Shown one piece after another: positions 62,001 through 64,000 of a stretch of DNA of 64,000 bases (position 1 is the stretch's first letter; each line of letters begins with the position of its first letter). Position numbers and translations under genes: made by a program. The notes beneath the pieces were generated by a model that saw nothing but the letters and a program-made list of their open reading frames with translations, made no database searches and had not been told where the DNA came from. The stretch covers positions 5,024,001 to 5,088,000 of the forward strand of contig OZ249436.1 of the NCBI GenBank assembly GCA_965235115.1. The letters run 5' to 3'. This DNA is from Laetmonice hystrix. Lineage: Eukaryota.

Positions 62001-62704
62001 TGTATAGGGGCCTACCACTTAGACAATACAAATTCAGCACAAAACGCAACAATGGACCCCTTATAATGATGGCTGAACACTTAAAAGCCACATAAAAATA
62101 TCACGTGTACCGGGGATATACCGTTTTTTACTTCACTAAAGATATTTTCCCTTAAATGGCTGCATTCCAAACGTGTGACCAGCCTTCCATTGTGGACAAC
62201 GGACATGATCCTGGCACTCAGCATTCAATGGAGGTCTTGAAATATTGCTGAAAAAAAAAATACATTACAAAATCGCAGTCACAAAAAAACACTATAATGA
62301 CATATTTTCAGGATTCTAACTCCTAACATAAATAGTTTAATAGCAATGTTTCAAATTCTATGAAATTAACATGTATACGTTTGCAGGGCTCGAATTTTAA
62401 TTTTTTTTAGGGCAAGGTAAGTATATGCTGTTGTCTAAGCAGAAATTTTAGGGCACCAAAGCAAGTTTCGGGGGCCACCAAGGCAAACATTTCCTGGTGA
62501 AAAGGATATTATCATCTCACTTAAGACCACACATTTTCATGTTCCATAATGAGGTTTCAGGGTAATTGGTGTAGGTGTTCGCTTATACATGTTCTACTAC
62601 CGGGGTATTAAAGACACATGAATAGGTGATTCAGTAAGTAATCAATGCAGCAGCCTAGCACTTTTATTATGGGACAAAGAACAAATCCTCACCTGCACCA
62701 AAGT

Positions 62705-63772
62705 TTACATTCCGTTGCCTTCTAAGTAATCAGCTATAGCTCCAACACCTTTAGATACATTGCCAGCTTGTTTACCTTCAGGAAAGTGGGCAATAACCAC
62801 AGCTGCAAACAGAAGCAACTATGTATAACTATTTATTGTATCAATAACTGTTAAACGAAACAAATAACTCATCAGGGATGTTAAAATTATCAAAGAATTT
62901 AAACCCCATAACCCAGATTTACAAGTGTTATTTTCTTTTATAATATTCTTTTATTAACTACCTTTTTTTGTTCGTTGCATAGCTACACCTCCTTCATCTT
63001 TTTGCTTGAAGAATGCCATCTTTTCATCAGCACGGACACACTTGAATTTACAGTTCTTGACTCGTATGCCATTGGCTAACATGTTGTTATGAGTTTCATC
63101 CACCATGTCCTCGGCTATCTTCTTTGCCTCAGCTGGGGTTAACGCCAGTGCCTTTTGAAAATATGAATTAGGGGTTCACAGGTGTGAAATTTTGTCTGGC
63201 ACATAATATTAAGAACAGGTTCTGGAACAGACTGGAACATTCTAAGCTTTACCTTTCCGAGAAATGCAAAGTGGTTTTTACATGGAGAGCTAAATTGATT
63301 TGTCATTGCTTTTCTAAATGCTCATGAATATGAACCAGTTTAGTGCAACAGTTTACATTTAGTCACTTCCATTTACAAAGGATTAAAGCTTGTATTATAC
63401 TCTCTCTGAGTGAAAGTATTCTCTCGATCATGAGATCAGGTCTCAATGTATAAATATCATCACAGGACTGTGAGCCAATAAGTTCTACCAGATATGGCTG
63501 ATCATTCATATCCAGTGTTCAAAATTCACACTGACTTAAAAAGGGTTGATTCAGAAAATGCTGCAAACCTTTATGAATGGATTGAGCTGGTGTGGTTTCT
63601 TAAACCCCCTCTTGGGGACGAATGAACTGTATTATTTTAGGTTAAAGTGTATTCTTACACAGCGATGGTTATCTGATGTCCATTTCACTCCATCCAAGCC
63701 AATAATGCAGACAGAACTTGCATGGTTGTCAGAGGCAGCTATAACACGGTCTATATACTCATCCCACGACAT
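62705..63772 (-). CDS. Profilin, 133 aa
   Basis: Exons 63772-63659, 63151-62962, 62802-62705 (402 nt). Translation MSWDEYIDRVIAASDNHASSVCIIGLDGVKWTSDNHRCALALTPAEAKKIAEDMVDETHNNMLANGIRVKNCKFKCVRADEKMAFFKQKDEGGVAMQRTKKAVVIAHFPEGKQAGNVSKGVGAIADYLEGNGM, with the profilin MSW..Y.D start and IADYL end. Likely 5' UTR intron 63872-63792. Confidence 0.93.
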
Positions 63773-64000
63773 GACTTGTCAATTTTACAACCTGAAAATA
63801 AAAGTTCAGTGTCCTAATCTTTCACTTAAGACAAGAAATCAAAAGATGTAACAAGGACAAACATTTGCTCACCTCACTTTTCCTGAAACATCATGTACTT
63901 TAAATACAAATCACACTTATACCGTTGACACACCAACGCTCCAATCTGCTTTAAATCGCTTCAAATCGCATTGATACGGTTCATGACACACCTGCTTGAT

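Noticed and set aside
63922..64000. Open minus-strand frame IKQVCHEPYQ... as profilin exon 1
   Set aside because: The true profilin start MSWDEY is at 63772; this segment is more likely 5' UTR or promoter.

Overview
Eukaryotic (animal, probably invertebrate bilaterian) genomic DNA with intron-containing genes, so the six-frame ORF track is mostly noise; gene models were assembled by hand from splice sites and reading-frame phase. Six protein-coding genes are supported: the 3' end of V-ATPase subunit a (+, last exons 2089-3349), complete MRE11 (-, 5746-9787, 6 coding exons, about 700 aa), CFAP96/C4orf47 (+, 12242-15644, 7 coding exons), USO1/p115 (-, 18686-34394, 23 exons, about 959 aa, with a U12-type minor intron), a delta-9 acyl-CoA desaturase (+, 53186-55484, 4 coding exons, 339 aa) and a profilin (-, 62705-63772, 133 aa, absent from the ORF track). 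Introns, and especially the roughly 18 kb between USO1 and the desaturase where no gene was recognised, hold many short non-autonomous DNA transposons with readable target-site duplications (TA, TAA, 4, 5, 6 and 10 bp), foldback elements and minisatellites. No autonomous transposase, CRISPR array, rRNA or intact tRNA was found. I found no clearly new biological system. The most unusual items are a Ginger-like TGT...ACA element carrying a G-rich minisatellite, a set of CAG...CTG elements with 5- or 6-bp TSDs, a foldback element that appears to have captured local satellite DNA, a 65-bp element with a 10-bp TSD in the USO1 promoter, and tandem duplications abutting splice acceptors.
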